From Torpedo marmorata (Eukaryota): a DNA stretch of 64,000 bases. Below the pieces are notes generated by a model that was not told the origin of the DNA, did no database searches, and saw nothing but the letters and a program-made list of their open reading frames with translations. The translations under genes and the position numbers were made by a program. Of the stretch, positions 34,013-47,938 are shown in pieces. Numbering within the stretch: the stretch's first letter is position 1; every line of letters begins with the position of its first letter. The stretch is taken from positions 18,228,001-18,292,000 of the forward strand of contig OZ360233.1 in assembly GCA_977017645.1 (NCBI GenBank), given 5' to 3'.

Positions 34013-36749
34013 GTTCTTTCAGGCGTTATAGAACAGTGGGGTGGGGGGGTGGAGGGGTCGCATTGCTTGTTAGGGAAAATATTACAGCGGTGCTTTGGCA
34101 GGATAGATTGGAGGGCTCGTCCAGTGAGGCTATTTGGGTGGAATTGAGGAATAGGAAAGGCATGAAAACACTAAGGGAGTGTATTATAGACCACCGAATG
34201 GGCAGAGGGAATTAGAGAAGCAAATTTGTAAGGAGATAGAATATATGTGTAATAAACATAAGGTGGTGATTATAGGTGATTTTAACTTTCCACACATTGA
34301 CTGGGACGCCCATACTCTAATAGGGCAGGATGGGTTGGAGTTTGTCTTATGTGTTCAGGAAAGTTTTCTGAATCAATACATGGAATTACCGACTAGATAG
34401 GGGGCAGTATTGGATATCCTATTTTGGAACGAGATAGGTCAGGTGACAGAGGTTTGTGTTGGGCAACACTTTGGGTCCAGTGATCATAATACTATTAGTT
34501 TTAGGTTGATAATGGAGAAGGATAGGGCTGGGCCTAAGGTTGAGATTGTTGATTGGAATAAGGCAAATTTCGAGGAGATGAGCAAGGATTTCGAGGGTGT
34601 TAATTGGGATAATTTATTTTTAGGGAAGGATGTCACAGATAAAATGAGGATATTCAAAGGGGAAATTTCGAGAGTACAGAGTCGGTTCGTCCCTGTGAGG
34701 ATTAAAGGAAGAGTTAGAAAATATAATGAACTTTGGTTTTCAAAGGATATTGGGAATTTGGTTCTGAGGAACATGGATGTGTACAACAGGTATAGACAGC
34801 AGGGAATAGATGAGGTCCTTGAGGAATATAAGGAGTGTAAAAAAATCTTAAGAAAGAAATTCGAAAGGCTAAAAGGAGATATGAGGCTGCTTTGGCAGGC
34901 AAGGTAAAAATAAATCCAAAGGGATTCTACAGGTACATTAAAAGCAAAAGAATAGTGAGGGATAAAATTGGGCCCATTGAGGATCAGACGGGTAGGCTAT
35001 GTGAAAAGTCAGATGGGGGAGATTTTAAATGAATTTTGTTCTTCAGTATTTACAAAGGAAAGGAATATTGAGCCAGGTGAAGTAAGGAAATCTGGCAGTG
35101 AGGTCATGGATAATATAAAGATTAATGAGGAGGTAGTATTGGCTAATTTAAAGAGTATAAAGGTGGATAAATCTCCAGTTCCTGACAGGATATTCCCGAG
35201 GACCCTGAGGGAGTTTAGTGTACAAATAGTGGGGGCTCTGACAGAAATATTTAAAATGTCACTGGCCACGGGCGAGGTGCCGGAGGATTGGAGGGTAGCT
35301 CATGTTGTCCCGCTGTTTAAGATGGGCTCTAAAAGTAAACTTGGAAATTATAGGCCTTGTGAGTCTGACATCGGTGGTGGGTAAATTAATGGAGAGTGTT
35401 CTTAGAGATGGTGTATACAGTTATTTGGAAAGACAAGTATTGATTAGGAGTAGTCAACACGGTTTTGTTCGTGGTAGATCATGTTTAACAAATCTCATAG
35501 AGTTTTTCGATGAGGTTACCAAGAAGGTTGACGAGGGGAAGGCTGTGGATGTTTTCTATGTGGACATTAGTGAAGCATTTGACAAGGTTCCGCATAAGAG
35601 GCAAGTTAAGAAGGTTCAAGCATTAGGTATTAACGACGAAGTAGTGAAATGGATTCAAAAATGGTTGGATAGGAGAGGCCAGAGAGTAGTGGTGGAAAGC
35701 TGTTTGTCAAATTGGAGGCCGGTGACCAGTGGAGTGCCTCAGTGATCGGTACTGGGTCCATTGTTGTTTATCATATATATTAATGATCTAGATGATAGGG
35801 TGGTAAATTGGATTAGTAAGTATGCAGATGATCCGAAGATTGGTGGTGTTGTGGACAGTAAAGAGGGATATGAAAGCTTGCAGGGGGATATAGGACAGTT
35901 AGAAGAGTGGGCGGAAACATGGCAGATGGAGTTTAATACTGATAAATGTGAGGTGCTACATTTTGGTAGGATTAATCAGCAAAGGCCATACATGTTAAAT
36001 GGAAGACAATTGAGAAGTGCATTAGAACAGAGGGATTTAGGAATTCTGGTACATAATTCCCTGAATGTTGAGCCACACGTAGATAGGGTGGTGAAGGAAG
36101 CATTTGATATGTTGGCCTTCATAAATCAGAGTATTGAATATAGGAGTTGGGATGTCATGTTGAAGTTGTATAAGGCATTGGTGAGGCCAAATTTGGAATA
36201 TTGTGCGCAGTTTTGGTCGTCGAACTATAGGAAGGATATAAACAGAATAGAGAGAGTGCAGAGGAGATTTACAAGAATGTTGCCTGGGTTTCTGGGTTTG
36301 AGTTATAGGGAAAGATAGAACAGGCTGGGACTTTATTCCATGGAGCGTAGGAGGTTGAGGGGTGATTTAATAGAGGTATTTAAAATTATGAAGGGGACAG
36401 ATAGAGTCAATGTGGACAGGCTTTTTCCATTGAGAGTGGGGAAGATTCAAACAAGAGGGCATGGATTGAGATTGAAGGAGGAAATGTTTAGAGGAAACAT
36501 CAGGGGGAATTTCTTCACTCAGAGGGCGGTGGGATGGTGGAACGAGCTTCCGGCCGAAGTGGCAGATGCAGGTTCAATTTTAATGGTTCAGGAAAATTTG
36601 GATAGGTATATGGACGAGAGAGGTGTGGAGGGTTATGGGCCGGGTGTGGGTCAGTGGGACTAGGTGGGAGAATGTGTTCGGCATGGAGTAGAAGGGCCGA
36701 ACAGGCCTGTTTCTGTGCTGTAACTGTTATATGGGTATCTGGTTATATG
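34013..36749 (+). mobile_element. CR1-clade LINE (duplicate)
   Basis: Near-identical to 9211-11947. Confidence 0.92.
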
Positions 36750-37243
36750 ACAGGGTCCCAGATGCTTTCGATTGGCCAAAGGTTTTGAGGTGAGGGTGTG
36801 GAACGAAGATGTTTCGGTGATCTAGGTGATTTAATGCAGAGTGGAGAGTCAGTGATATGGCTTCGTCCTTTGACCTATTGTGGGGATAGGCCAACTGAAA
36901 TGCGTCTAGGTCATTCCCCAGATCGGAGTTAATTCGCTACATAACCAAGTTCTCAACAATTCATCACAGTCGGTCACTTTGCTCTTATTGAGCAAGTAAG
37001 GAAGGGAGAACACTGGAAGCGAAGCATGTGGGGGAAGGGCAGAGAAGGACAACCAAAGAGAAGCATTTATACCTGCTCGTTTTAATTCGTTCCATCGCAG
37101 CGTCATTCAGAACCAATGACCATTCCTGTGCTAGCGAAATGCTATAAATCTCAGCGCTGCGGCTGCTGCGGACGTGAATTTGTAACCTTACAGCGGGGAA
37201 ACACGTAAGAACATATTTTTGTTTTGACCATTATTCGGGAACC

Positions 37244-37709
37244 ATGTCCCCAAGAGGTACCTGCTGATTGTATGGGCCATTCTGCCAGGTGAGACTCTGT
37301 CTGATCAGTCAGCGCGTCCCGCGGATTCAGCGCAGTCCCGTACCGCTCCCACACTCCGTGTTTCCGTCCAAGCACGAGAGGGGAGGATTATGTGACACAA
37401 GGACCGCCGGTAGTCATGGCCGAGGAAAGGCAGACCGTGCCACTGAGCAGTAGTTACTCGACGAGTCAATCCGCATATTTTAGGTACATTCAACGTCTTG
37501 CAGAATCTCCCAAATATTTGCTGAAAATGTACAGCTGGGGATATGTGGCTGCATCTCAAGTTTGCGCAAGAGGAAATCGGTGTTCTTGCAGACAAAGGGC
37601 CAGAGGTTCGATTTGACTGTCTATGGGACGCTTGTGTCGGTCAGCGCCGTATATCTCTGCGTCGTGCAGCCCACTGATCCAGGGCGATGGTGGGTCCTCA
37701 AAAACACTC
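37244..37709 (+). pseudogene. TCR V pseudogene (duplicate of 12442-12907)
   Basis: Near-identical copy. Confidence 0.75.
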
Positions 37710-38588
37710 TGGTAATTAGAAATAGGCAGTGCCACCAGGGGGCGTGCTTTCCCCCACACAGTCCTCACCAGTGCACAGGACGGAGACGGCAACTTTGCAT
37801 CACGGGAGATAGTCTTCTCCAAAGTGCAGCGCCGATATTTACCCTAGCGTGTGGAAAGACGTTTGTCTCACTCTCTGTTCCGAGGAGGAGGGGAGGAATT
37901 TAGAGAAAAGCGCGGATTAGGGTCGACCGCCTTTTGCGAGAGAGGAGGAGTGACAGAAACTGCTTGGATAGGGAGTGAGCAAAAGGGTGAAAGGAATTTA
38001 GAGAGAAAGGTGAGGAGTGAGAGAGAGCGAATGAAAGGGAGAGATCGTGATTGACGAAGAGAGATATCACAGGAGGGAGGAAGTGGACAGGGAGTTGTAT
38101 GTGAGAAAGAGTGAGAAAATTATTTAATGAAGGAGACATTGAGAGGGCAAGAACGGGAATGAAAGGGACAGGCGGTAGGTGCGACTGTGGGAATTGAAGG
38201 GAGGGAGAGATTGGCACTGCTCACGAAAGTTGAAATAAGTGTAAGTCGGAGTCGCATAGAGGAAGGAAGCGTAAAAGAACGCGAGAAGGGGCGAGAGGGT
38301 GCAGGAAAACGAGTGAAGGTGATGGAAATGGCGGAGCAAGAGAGAAGAAGAGAGAGACGTGGGGGTTGTAAATATAGGTGAGGAACCACGTGCGAAAACG
38401 ACGGAGAATGAGAAACGGCCAACATTAACAACGAGTTTTCATTGGTCCAACAACGGCGTCCTTTTGAGCCCCTATGTGAGGGGAGCGCCCTCCTATGTGT
38501 CCAAGAGGATTGGCGGCTACTGACGTGACCCCTCTTTTTATATCGGGGTAGCATATGGAAATATTCGGCTGTTTACCTTCACACTGGC

Positions 38589-39061
38589 ATGGTCCCCATT
38601 GAGGTGTTTGATGATTCTATGGGCCTTTCTGCTTGGCGAGTCTCTGTCTGATTGGTCAGCGCTTGTCCCTCCCGGCTCAGCGCAATCCCGCGCATCTCAG
38701 ACACTGCATGTTTCGTGCCAGGCACAAATTGGGAAAATTTGGTGACCCACGGACAGCCGTAACGGATGGCCGCGGGAAGACCGACCGTGTCACTGAGTTC
38801 TTGGTACCCGACAAGTGTTACCGTATATTTTTGGTACATTCAAAATCCCGTGGATTCTTCCACATATTTGCTGAAAGTTTACAGCTCAGGAGATGTGGTT
38901 CCGTCGCACGATTTCCCAGACAGAATGACGGTTTCCTTGGAGAAAAATGGTCGAATATTCCACCTCAATATCTCCGAAGCTCTTGGAGCGTACTTCGCCG
39001 TTTATCTCTGCGCAGTGCGGTTTGCACTGTTCCTGGAGATTGCGGAGAATTTCAAAAGCTC
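38589..39061 (+). pseudogene. TCR V pseudogene, family B (duplicate of 13787-14259)
   Basis: Near-identical copy. Confidence 0.75.
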
Positions 39062-40258
39062 ATTCTGATAATTTGCAATGACCGCTGTCACTAGGGGCCG
39101 CTCTGGGTAGCCGCCAGCCTATCCTGACCCGCCCATGGAATAAATGCGACAGCGAGATTTCCCTGGTGAGGGTCTTCTCACACGACAGCGTTGAGTAACA
39201 GGAGTTCATATCTGCTCTGAGAAAAGACGTTTCTCTTCCTCTCAGTCTCCAGTGACGGAGGTTCTGAGGTGGAGGGGAAGAAGACCGAGTGATGCATATT
39301 TGGGTGGACATTGTTTCGCGAGAGAGCAGCAGCGTCAGGAAAATGTTTGCGAAAGGGATTGAGGGATAGTGTGGGAGAAATAGATAGGGAATCAGACGGG
39401 ACAGATGAGAGAGAGAAAGTGAGAACAAATGAGGTAGAGATAGAGAGCGCGAAATTGAGAGTGAGAGAGATGGGAAGTTGTTGGAGAGAAAAAGGGAGAA
39501 AGAGGACGGGAGAGCGTGTTAAGGATTGCGAAACGTTAAGCAGGTGAAAACGTGAGACAGAGTGAGGTAGAGGAATAGAACGACAGAAGGGGAGAGAGGG
39601 TGGAGTGAGTGAAAGCGAGGGAGGAGATACACAGAGGGAAGGAGAAAGACGCGGTGAATGTACAGATAGAGAGAGAAACTTGCGTGAAGGACGGGAACGA
39701 GATGCAGACTGTCGTAACAACTCGGTCTGATTGGTTCAGTCATGGTTCAATAATTGCCAAACCAACCAATCCTGTATGAGGGAAACACTCTCATTGCTGT
39801 TCCAGGCGTTTGTCCGCTCATAACATCGACCCACCCCTTGTATAGCGGTAACACATAGAAATATTCGCTTTTGACCTTAATCCGCGTTTCATGTCCCTCC
39901 TGAGTTGTTTTCTGCTTCTATGGACCGTTCTGACTGGTGCGTCTGTCTGATTGGTCACCGACTTCTGACCATCTTCCTTGCTCTCCGTGTCTCCCACTTT
40001 AATCTAATAAAAGTTCGGTGATACCCCAAGACTCACACTCGTTCTCTATCCCTCCGTTTACTCATTTACACTTTAATTCTGTGCTTACTGATCTCCCTCG
40101 CGCGATCTCTCCCGCACTCGCTCGCTCCTCGTCGCTCTAGTGCGAGGGAAACAACCCCTGTCTCCAAGAGAGGTTCTTCTGCTTCCGACGTGAGCTTGCG
40201 GCCTTTTATCGGGCGAGTATTTGGAAAATATCGTTCTCCCGAATTTAAGCCGGGCATC

Positions 40259-40681
40259 ATATTCCTCCTGAGTAGTTGGCTGATTCTATGGGCCGTTCTG
40301 CCTGGTGAGACTGATTGACAACTCATTTTGCGTGGATTCAGCGCCATCCAGCGCCGTTCACACATTCTGTGTTGTTCCAGGGGCGAGTGGGAACGATGCA
40401 GTGACCCAAAGACCGCCGGCACTGATAGTCGATGAAGGGCAGATCGTATCACTGATCTGCAGTTACTCGATGAGTGCCGAGGCATATTTCTGGTACATTC
40501 AACGTCCCGGAGAATCAACAAAATATTTGCTAAAAATTTACACGTCAGGAGATATGGTTCAGTCTCACGATTTTCCGGAGAGGATATCGGGTTCCTTGGA
40601 GAAACAGAGCCAGAGATTCCACCTCAATATCTCAAAAACCTGTGAGGAGGATTCCGCCGTGTATCACTGCGCTGTGGTTTT
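40259..40681 (+). pseudogene. TCR V segment (A9; duplicate of A4), ATA start, degenerate RSS
   Basis: ATA at 40259, V exon 40381-40681 open, RSS 40682-40720. Confidence 0.75.
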
Positions 40682-43222
40682 CACTCTGTTCCAGGGCGGT
40701 GGAGGATCCGCATAAAAACTCTCCTCGAGAATTTCCATCGCTCGCTGTGGCGAGGGGATGCACTCGGTGACGGGCAGCCAGTCCTGCCCGTCCGCTCAAT
40801 GGAAGCGACAACACGACCTTCCTGGAGAGTCTGCTGAAAATGGCAACGCCGAGTTGCAGGAGATTTGTGCTCCTCTGAGCGTTTCTCTTTCTCGGCCTCC
40901 TCTGTGTCCGATTCCTTAGTTTGAGGTGGAAGGTAGGAAGGCAGGGAGAGAGAAGGAAATGGATAGCTGTTTCCAAGAATATTGTAGGAAAAGGGAAGGA
41001 GTGTTCTTGTGATGGAAATTGAGAGATTAAAAAAGTGGTGTGGGTAGGACAGGAGCGTTACCCCTCGGCCTGTCCTTCCTAAAATCAACAAGCTCCTTGG
41101 TCTTGGTGTCATTAAGAAACAGATTGTTTATACTCCAGATGTAGCTACGACCCAATCCAATAACTGCTCTTTTCGGGTTTATTGATCCAGACATAGGGAG
41201 TTTTTCTGTACCTGTTCAACGGGTTGTGACTTTCTCTACATTGTTGGCTTGGAGAGCCATCCTATTCAAATGGAAAGATTCTAGACCTCCAACAGTGTTT
41301 CAATAGTTTTCTCATATTATGTCTTGTTTAAGCTAAGAAAAAATTAGATATCATGTATTTGATTCATCGGTGAAATTTTAAGATACATGGCGACCTTTTA
41401 TGTCTTATTTTCATATGATGTAAGTGTTTCTAATGTGATTAGGTGTATTTACTCTTCCTTTGATTTTTGATTTACGGTAGGTACCAAAAATTACAAAATA
41501 TATATAACCTTCAGGATAAGCTGCTCAGCTGTTTTTCTTTAGTTGTTTTTTTTTAATAGCGTAGGTTAGGTAGGGTTTTTTTTTTGAAAATAAAAAATAT
41601 AATACTTTTGATTTTTTTTTATTGTCAACTATTGCAGTGGAGGGGGTATCGAATTTATACTGTTTGAAATTTATTTTAATATATATACTTGTGTGATATT
41701 GTATTTTCAATTTCGTTCCCTTTTCTTCATTGTATTGTATTTCTTATAATAATCAATAAAAAAGATTGAAAAAGAAAGATTGTTGTTCTGGAACCACCCA
41801 ACACTGGTGGAGTCGCCATCTAATTTGTAGATTGAGTTGGAGCTGAACTTGGCTGCACAGACATGGATGCCCATGTCATAGATTAGGGGACAAAGCAGGC
41901 AGCCTTGGAGTGCTCCTGTGTTGATGGTCAGCCAGGAGGAGGTGATGTCGTTGATTAGCACTGTTTGGGTCTGCCAATGAGGAAGTGAAAGATCCAGTCG
42001 CAGAGGGATGGACAGAGTTCTAGATCCTTTAGCTTGGTCATAGGCTATGCAGGTATGAGGGTGTTGAACGCCGAGCCGTAGTCAATGAAGAACAGCCCCA
42101 CGAGAGTGTTTCGGTGGTCCAGGTGATTAAATGCAGAGTGGAGAGTCAGCGATATTGCGCCGTCAGTTGATCTTTTGTGGCGGTAGGTGAACTGAAGTGG
42201 GACCAGGTCCTTCCAGAGATAGGAGTAAATTCGCTCCATAACCAACCGCTGAAAACACTTCATCAGTGTTGGTCAACTTGCTCTTATTGGGCACGTCGGG
42301 GAGGGAGGAGACTGGAAGCAAATACACACAGAAATACCGGAGGAACACAGCCGGTCTCGTAGCGTCCATAGGAGGGACAGATATCTAACCAACATTCCGG
42401 CCTAAGCCCTTTTCCAAGGAATAAGCAAAGCTCAGGAAGGCGTCAGAATAGAAACTGACGACTGGCAGGGGAAGGAGTCCAGAATAACAGGTGTTAATTG
42501 GATATGGATGGAGGAGAAGTGAGAATTGATTTTGGCTCTGTGAAGGGAGNNNNNNNNNNNNNNNNNNNNNNNNNNNNNNNNNNNNNNNNNNNNNNNNNNN
42601 NNNNNNNNNNNNNNNNNNNNNNNNNNNNNNNNNNNNNNNNNNNNNNNNNNNNNNNNNNNNNNNNNNNNNNNNNNNNNNNNNNNNNNNNNNNNNNNNNNNG
42701 AGGAAGAACAACGGGGGATGTTTAACGAAAAATTGAGAAGTCGATGTTCATGCGATACGGTTGGAGGTAGCCCAGACGGAAGATGAGGTGTTGTTCCTCC
42801 AATTTGCACGTGGTCACAGTCTGGCCGTGCATGAGACCACGGACAGACATATCAGAAAGTGAGTGGATCGGCGAATTGAAATGGGTGGCCACTGGGAGAA
42901 TCACGCGTTTGCGGCGGAGAGAGCCGAGGTGCTCAACAAAGCGATCTCAGAGTCTGCGCCCAGTGTTTGCGATGTAGAGGAGACAAGAACAGACTGGAAA
43001 CGGAGCATGTGCGGGAAGGGCAGAGAAAGACAACCAGAGAGACTGCATTTAGACCTGCTCGTTTATATTGGTTCCAGCGCAGCGTCATCCAGAGGGAATG
43101 ACCAATCCTGTGCGAGGGAAAGCCACCAATCTCGGAGCGGCTGCTGCTGCTGACGTGAAGTTGTAAATATAGTAGGACAAGATGTGAGAAAATATTGTTC
43201 TTTTGACCTTCATTCGGGCATC

Positions 43223-43652
43223 ATGTCCCTCAAGAGGTACCTGCTGATTGTATGGGCCATTCTGGCAGGTGAGTCTCTGTCTGATCAGTCAGTGCGTCCC
43301 GCGGATTCAGCGCAATCCCGTGCCGCTCACACACTCCGTGTTTCATTCCAGGCACGAGTGGGGAGGAATCCTTGACCCAAGGACCGCCGGAAATGACGGC
43401 CGAGGAAAGACAGACCGTGCCACTGAGCTGCAGTTACTCGACGAGTCACACCGCATATTTGTGGTACCTTCAACATCTTGGAGAACCTCCCAAATATTTG
43501 CTGAAAATGTACAGCTCGGGAGAAGTGGTTCCGTCTCACGATTGTCCGGATCGGATGTCGGGTACTTTGGAGAAAAAGAACCAGCGCTTTCACTTGACTA
43601 TCTCTGGGGCTCTTGTGGAGGACTCCGCCATGTATTTCTGCGCCGTGAGGCC
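43223..43652 (+). CDS. TRAV: TCR V segment, family C (C2; duplicate of C1)
   Basis: Leader 43223-43268, V exon 43352-43652, RSS 43653-43691. Confidence 0.85.
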
Positions 43653-44117
43653 CACACTGTTCCTGGGCGATGACGTATCCGCACAAAAACTCGATTTGAG
43701 AATGAGGAAGGTGCCGAGCAGCGCCGCGATTTACCCTTGCGTGAGCAAAGGCGTTTCTCTTCCTCCCCGTTCCGAGCAAAACGGGGATCAATGTGAACAG
43801 CGTTTAACCAGAGGGAAGCGGAGACAGGAAATGAAGGTAAAGAGAGTTAGCGAGAGACTGATATAAATCGAGAGAGAGAGGAAGAGAGGGATTATGTTGA
43901 GCAGTGAGAGAGAGAGGGAGTGAATGGGAGGGACGTGATGGACGAAGAGAGACGAAACCGCAGGGAGGGTGACAGAGAGCGGTACTGAGAGAGAGTATGA
44001 CAGTGAGTGAATGAGGGATACATTGAGCGAGGCAGATGGGTAGTGAGCGGGAGTGGGTTTAGAGAGAGAGAGAGCGACTGAGCGAAAGCGAGAGCGAGAG
44101 AGCGAGAGCGAGAGAGC

Positions 44118-44153
<36 letters not shown>

Positions 44154-44407
44154 GAGAGAGGGCGAGAGCGAGAGAGAGTGAGAGATGTGGAGTATACAGA
44201 GAGGCGGAGAAACGCGAGGACGGAGAATGGGAGACGGTCGGCATTACCAACCTGCTCAATGGTAGCGTCAACCTGACCCAACAAGAAATGCTGTGCGACG
44301 AAAACGGCCGGTGCGTCCCACGGGGTTGGATGCTCCTGACTTCACCCCATCTCGTATATCGGGGTAACAAGAGGAAATATTTTTCCTTTGAGTTACATTC
44401 GGGCACC

Positions 44408-44853
44408 ATGTACCCCCTGATTTGTTTGCTGACTCTATCGGCCGTTCTGCCTGGTGAGTGTCTCTCTGGTTTATCAGCACGTGTCCGCCCGGTTCAGCGA
44501 TTCGTGTTTCGTTCTCGAAATGATTGGGGAAGTTTATGTAACCTATGGACCGCCGGAACGCATGACAGAGGAATTACAGACCGTGTCACTGAGCTACAGT
44601 TATTTGATGAGTACCTCCGCACAGTTTTGGTACATTCAATATCCTGGAGAACCTCCCAGATTTTGATGAAAATGTACAACTGCGGCGATGTGGTTACGCC
44701 TCAAGATTGCGGAAGAAGTTGTCAGGTTTCTTTGAGACAAAGAGCCAGAGAGTACACCTGATTGTCTACGGGACGCTTGAGTCGGACTCCGCCGTGTATA
44801 TCTGCATCGTGAAGCCCACTATTCCAGAGCGATGGCGGGTCCGTATAAAACGA
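44408..44853 (+). pseudogene. TCR V pseudogene, family D
   Basis: Leader intact, frameshift or stop after FWYIQYPGEPPRF, degenerate RSS. Confidence 0.75.
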
Positions 44854-45732
44854 AATTGAAATGGGCAGTGCCACCAGGGGGCGTGCTATTCCCCCAACAC
44901 AGTGCGGACCAGTGCACAGGACGGAGTCGGCAACTGTGCCTCCGGGCGAGAGTCGTCTCTAAAATGCAGCGCAGAGGTTTAGCCTCGAGTGATCAAGGAC
45001 GTTTGTCTCACTCACTGTTACAAGGCGGAGGGGAGGAATTGAGAGAAAAGCGCGGAATCTGGTGCTCCCCCTTTTGCGAGAGAGGGGGAGAGACAGGATC
45101 TCCTGAGAAAGGGAGTGAGCGAAAGGGTGAAAGAAATTCAGTAGAAAGAAGGTGAGGAGTGAGAGAGAGTGAATGATAGAGAGAGATCGTGATTGACGAA
45201 GAGAGATATCACAGGGGGGAGGCAGTGGGGAGGGAGTGGTAAGTAAGGAAGAGTGTGAAAATTATTTAATGAAGGAGACATTGAGAGTGCCAGAGCGGGA
45301 GAGGGACAGAGGGAATGTGTGACAGTGGGAGAAAGAGATTGAAGGGAGGGGAGCGATAGGCACTGCTCTCGAAAGATTAAATAAGTGTAAGACGGAGTCG
45401 CGTAGAGGTAGGAAGCTTAATAGAACGCGAGAAGGGGCGTGAGGGTGCAGGAAAACGAGTGAAGGTGCTGGAAAGGGCGGAACGAGAGAAAAGAAGAGAG
45501 AGACGTGGAGAGGTGTAAATATAGGTGGAGAAACACGTCCGAAAAAGTCGGAGAATGAGAAACGGCCAACATTAACAACCAGTTTTCATTGGTTCAAAAA
45601 TGGCGCTCTCTTGAGCCCATGTGCGAGGAGGGCGCCCTCGTCTGTGTCCTAGAGGATGGGCTGCTACTAACGAGACCCCACTGTCTGATATCGGGGCAGA
45701 ATATGGAAATATTCGGCTGTTCACCTTCATTC

Positions 45733-46195
45733 TGGCTTCCTCACCATCCAGTAGTTTGCTGATTCTATGGGCCGTTCTGCTTGGCGAGTCTCTGTCTGAT
45801 TGGTCAGCGCGTGTCACTCCCCGCTCAGCGCAATTCCTCGCATATCACATACTGTGTGTTTCATTCCAGGCACAAATGTGGAAATCTAGTGACCCACGGA
45901 CCGATGGAACGAATGGCCGCAGGAAGTGTCGCTGAGCTCTGGTTACCCGAAAAAGGTTACCGTATGTTTTTGGTACATTCAAATTACCGTGGGGACTTGG
46001 ATATATTTGCTGAAAATGTACAGCGCAGGAGATGAGGTTCCGTGTCACGATTGTCCGGACGGGATGACGGGTTCCTTGGAGAAAAGGGGCCGTTTTCCTC
46101 AATATTTCAAAGGATCCTGAAGCGGACTTGGCCGTTTATGTCTGCGCTGTGCGACTCACACTGTTCCTGGGATATTGCGGAGACGCACAAAAGCT
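45733..46195 (+). pseudogene. TCR V pseudogene, family B
   Basis: FWYIQ remnant, frameshifts, RSS 46157-46195. Confidence 0.77.
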
Positions 46196-47016
46196 CATTC
46201 TGAGATGGGAAGTGGTTTGAGAGAAAATGGCAGAAAGAAGACGGGAGAGAGTGGTAAGGATTGCGAAAAGTTAAGCAGGTGAAAACGTGAGACAGAGTGA
46301 GGCAGAGCAATAGAACGAAAGAAGGGGAAAGAGGGTGGAGTGAGTGAAAGGGAGGGAAGAGATACACAGATGGAAGGAGAAAGATGCAGGGAGTGTTCAG
46401 ATAGAGGGTGAAATTTGCGTGAAGGAACGGGAACGAGATGCACACTGTCTTATCAACTCGGTCTGATTGGTTCAATAATGACCACTCGAACCAATCCTGT
46501 GTGAGGGAAACACTCACATATCTGTCCTAGGCGTTGGTTCGCTCTTAACATCGCCCCACCCCTTGTATAGTGGTAATACAAAGAACTATTCGATTTTAAC
46601 CTTAATCCGCGTACCATGTCCTCCCTGAGTTGTTTTCTGATTCTGTGGGCCGTTCTGACTGGTGAGTCTGTCTGATTGGTCAGCGACGTCTGTCCATCGT
46701 CCTTGCTCTACGAGTCTCACTCTTTAACTTAATTAAAGGTGGACAATTCCCCCAAGTCAAACCCTCTACGTCGCACGTTCTCCCACCGTTTACTCATTTA
46801 CACACTCTCTGTTTACTGGACTTCCTCACGGTCGATCTGTCGCTCTGTCTCTGTAGCTCTATCTCTCTCTCTCTCTCTCTCGCTCCTCGCCGATCTCGTG
46901 AGAGGAAAACGGCCCGTGTCTCCAAAAGAGTTTCTGCTGCTTCCGACGTGAATTTGCGCTCTTCCATCGGGCGAGGATTTGTAAAATATCTTTCCTTCGA
47001 ATTTAATCCGGGCATC

Positions 47017-47442
47017 ATGTTCCTCCTTTTTCCTTCGCTGATTCTATGGGCCGTACTGCCTGGTGAGACTGATTGATCAACACGTGTCCCGCGAGGTCAG
47101 TTCCGTTTCGCGCCGTTCACACATTCTGTCTTTTGTTCCAGGAGCCAGTGGGAACGATTCAGTGACCCAAAAACCCCCGGAATTGATTGTCAATGAAGGG
47201 CAGATCGTATCACTGAGCTGCAGTTACTCGAAAAATCCCGATGCATGTTTTTGGTACATTCAACGTCCTGGAGAATCTCCCAAATATTTGCTGAAATTCT
47301 ACACGTCAGGAGATGTGGTTCCGTCGCCCGATTGTCCGGAGAGGATATCGGGTTCATTGGAGAAAAAGAGCCAGACATTCCACCTCAATAACTCGAAAAC
47401 CCTTGTGGAGGATTCTGCCGTGTATCTCTGCGCCGTGGAGCT
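47017..47442 (+). CDS. TRAV: TCR V segment, family A (A10)
   Basis: Leader 47017-47062 (MFLLFPSLILWAVLP), V exon 47142-47442, RSS 47443-47481. Confidence 0.85.
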
Positions 47443-47759
47443 CACACTGTTCCAGGGCGGTGGCAGATCCGCACAAAAACTCACCTCGAGACATTGAATC
47501 GGACCCTATGGCTAGAGGGCGCTCTCGGCCACGCAATGGAAGCGACTACACGACGTTCCTAGAGAGTCTTCTGAAAAGTGCAACGCCGAGTTGCAGGAGA
47601 TTTGTCCTCCTCTGAGCGTTTCTCTTTCTCTGCCTCCTCTGTGTCCGATTCCTAAGTTTGAGGTGGAAGGTAGGAAGTCAGGGAAAGAGAAAGATATGGA
47701 TAGCTGGAAAAGGGAAGTAGTGTTCTTCTGATGGAAATTGAGAGATTAAAAAAAGTGGT

Positions 47760-47938
47760 AGATGCAGGATCAATTTAAATGTTTAAGGAAAATTAGGATA
47801 GGTATATGGACGAGAGAGGTGTGGAGGGTTATGGGCCGGGTGCGGGTCAGTGGGACGAGGTGGGAGAAAGTGTTCGGCATGGACTAGAGGGGCCGAACTG
47901 GCCTGTGTCTGTGCTGTAAATGTTATATGGTTATATAT
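47760..47938 (+). mobile_element. Short CR1 3'-end fragment
   Basis: Homologous to the 11760-11947 terminus; absent from the paralogous site at ~54450. Confidence 0.75.

Larger units (their letters stand above)
24793..44458 (+). repeat. Segmental duplication, copy 2
   Basis: Same V genes, TE insertions and N gap as 1-19615. Confidence 0.9.
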
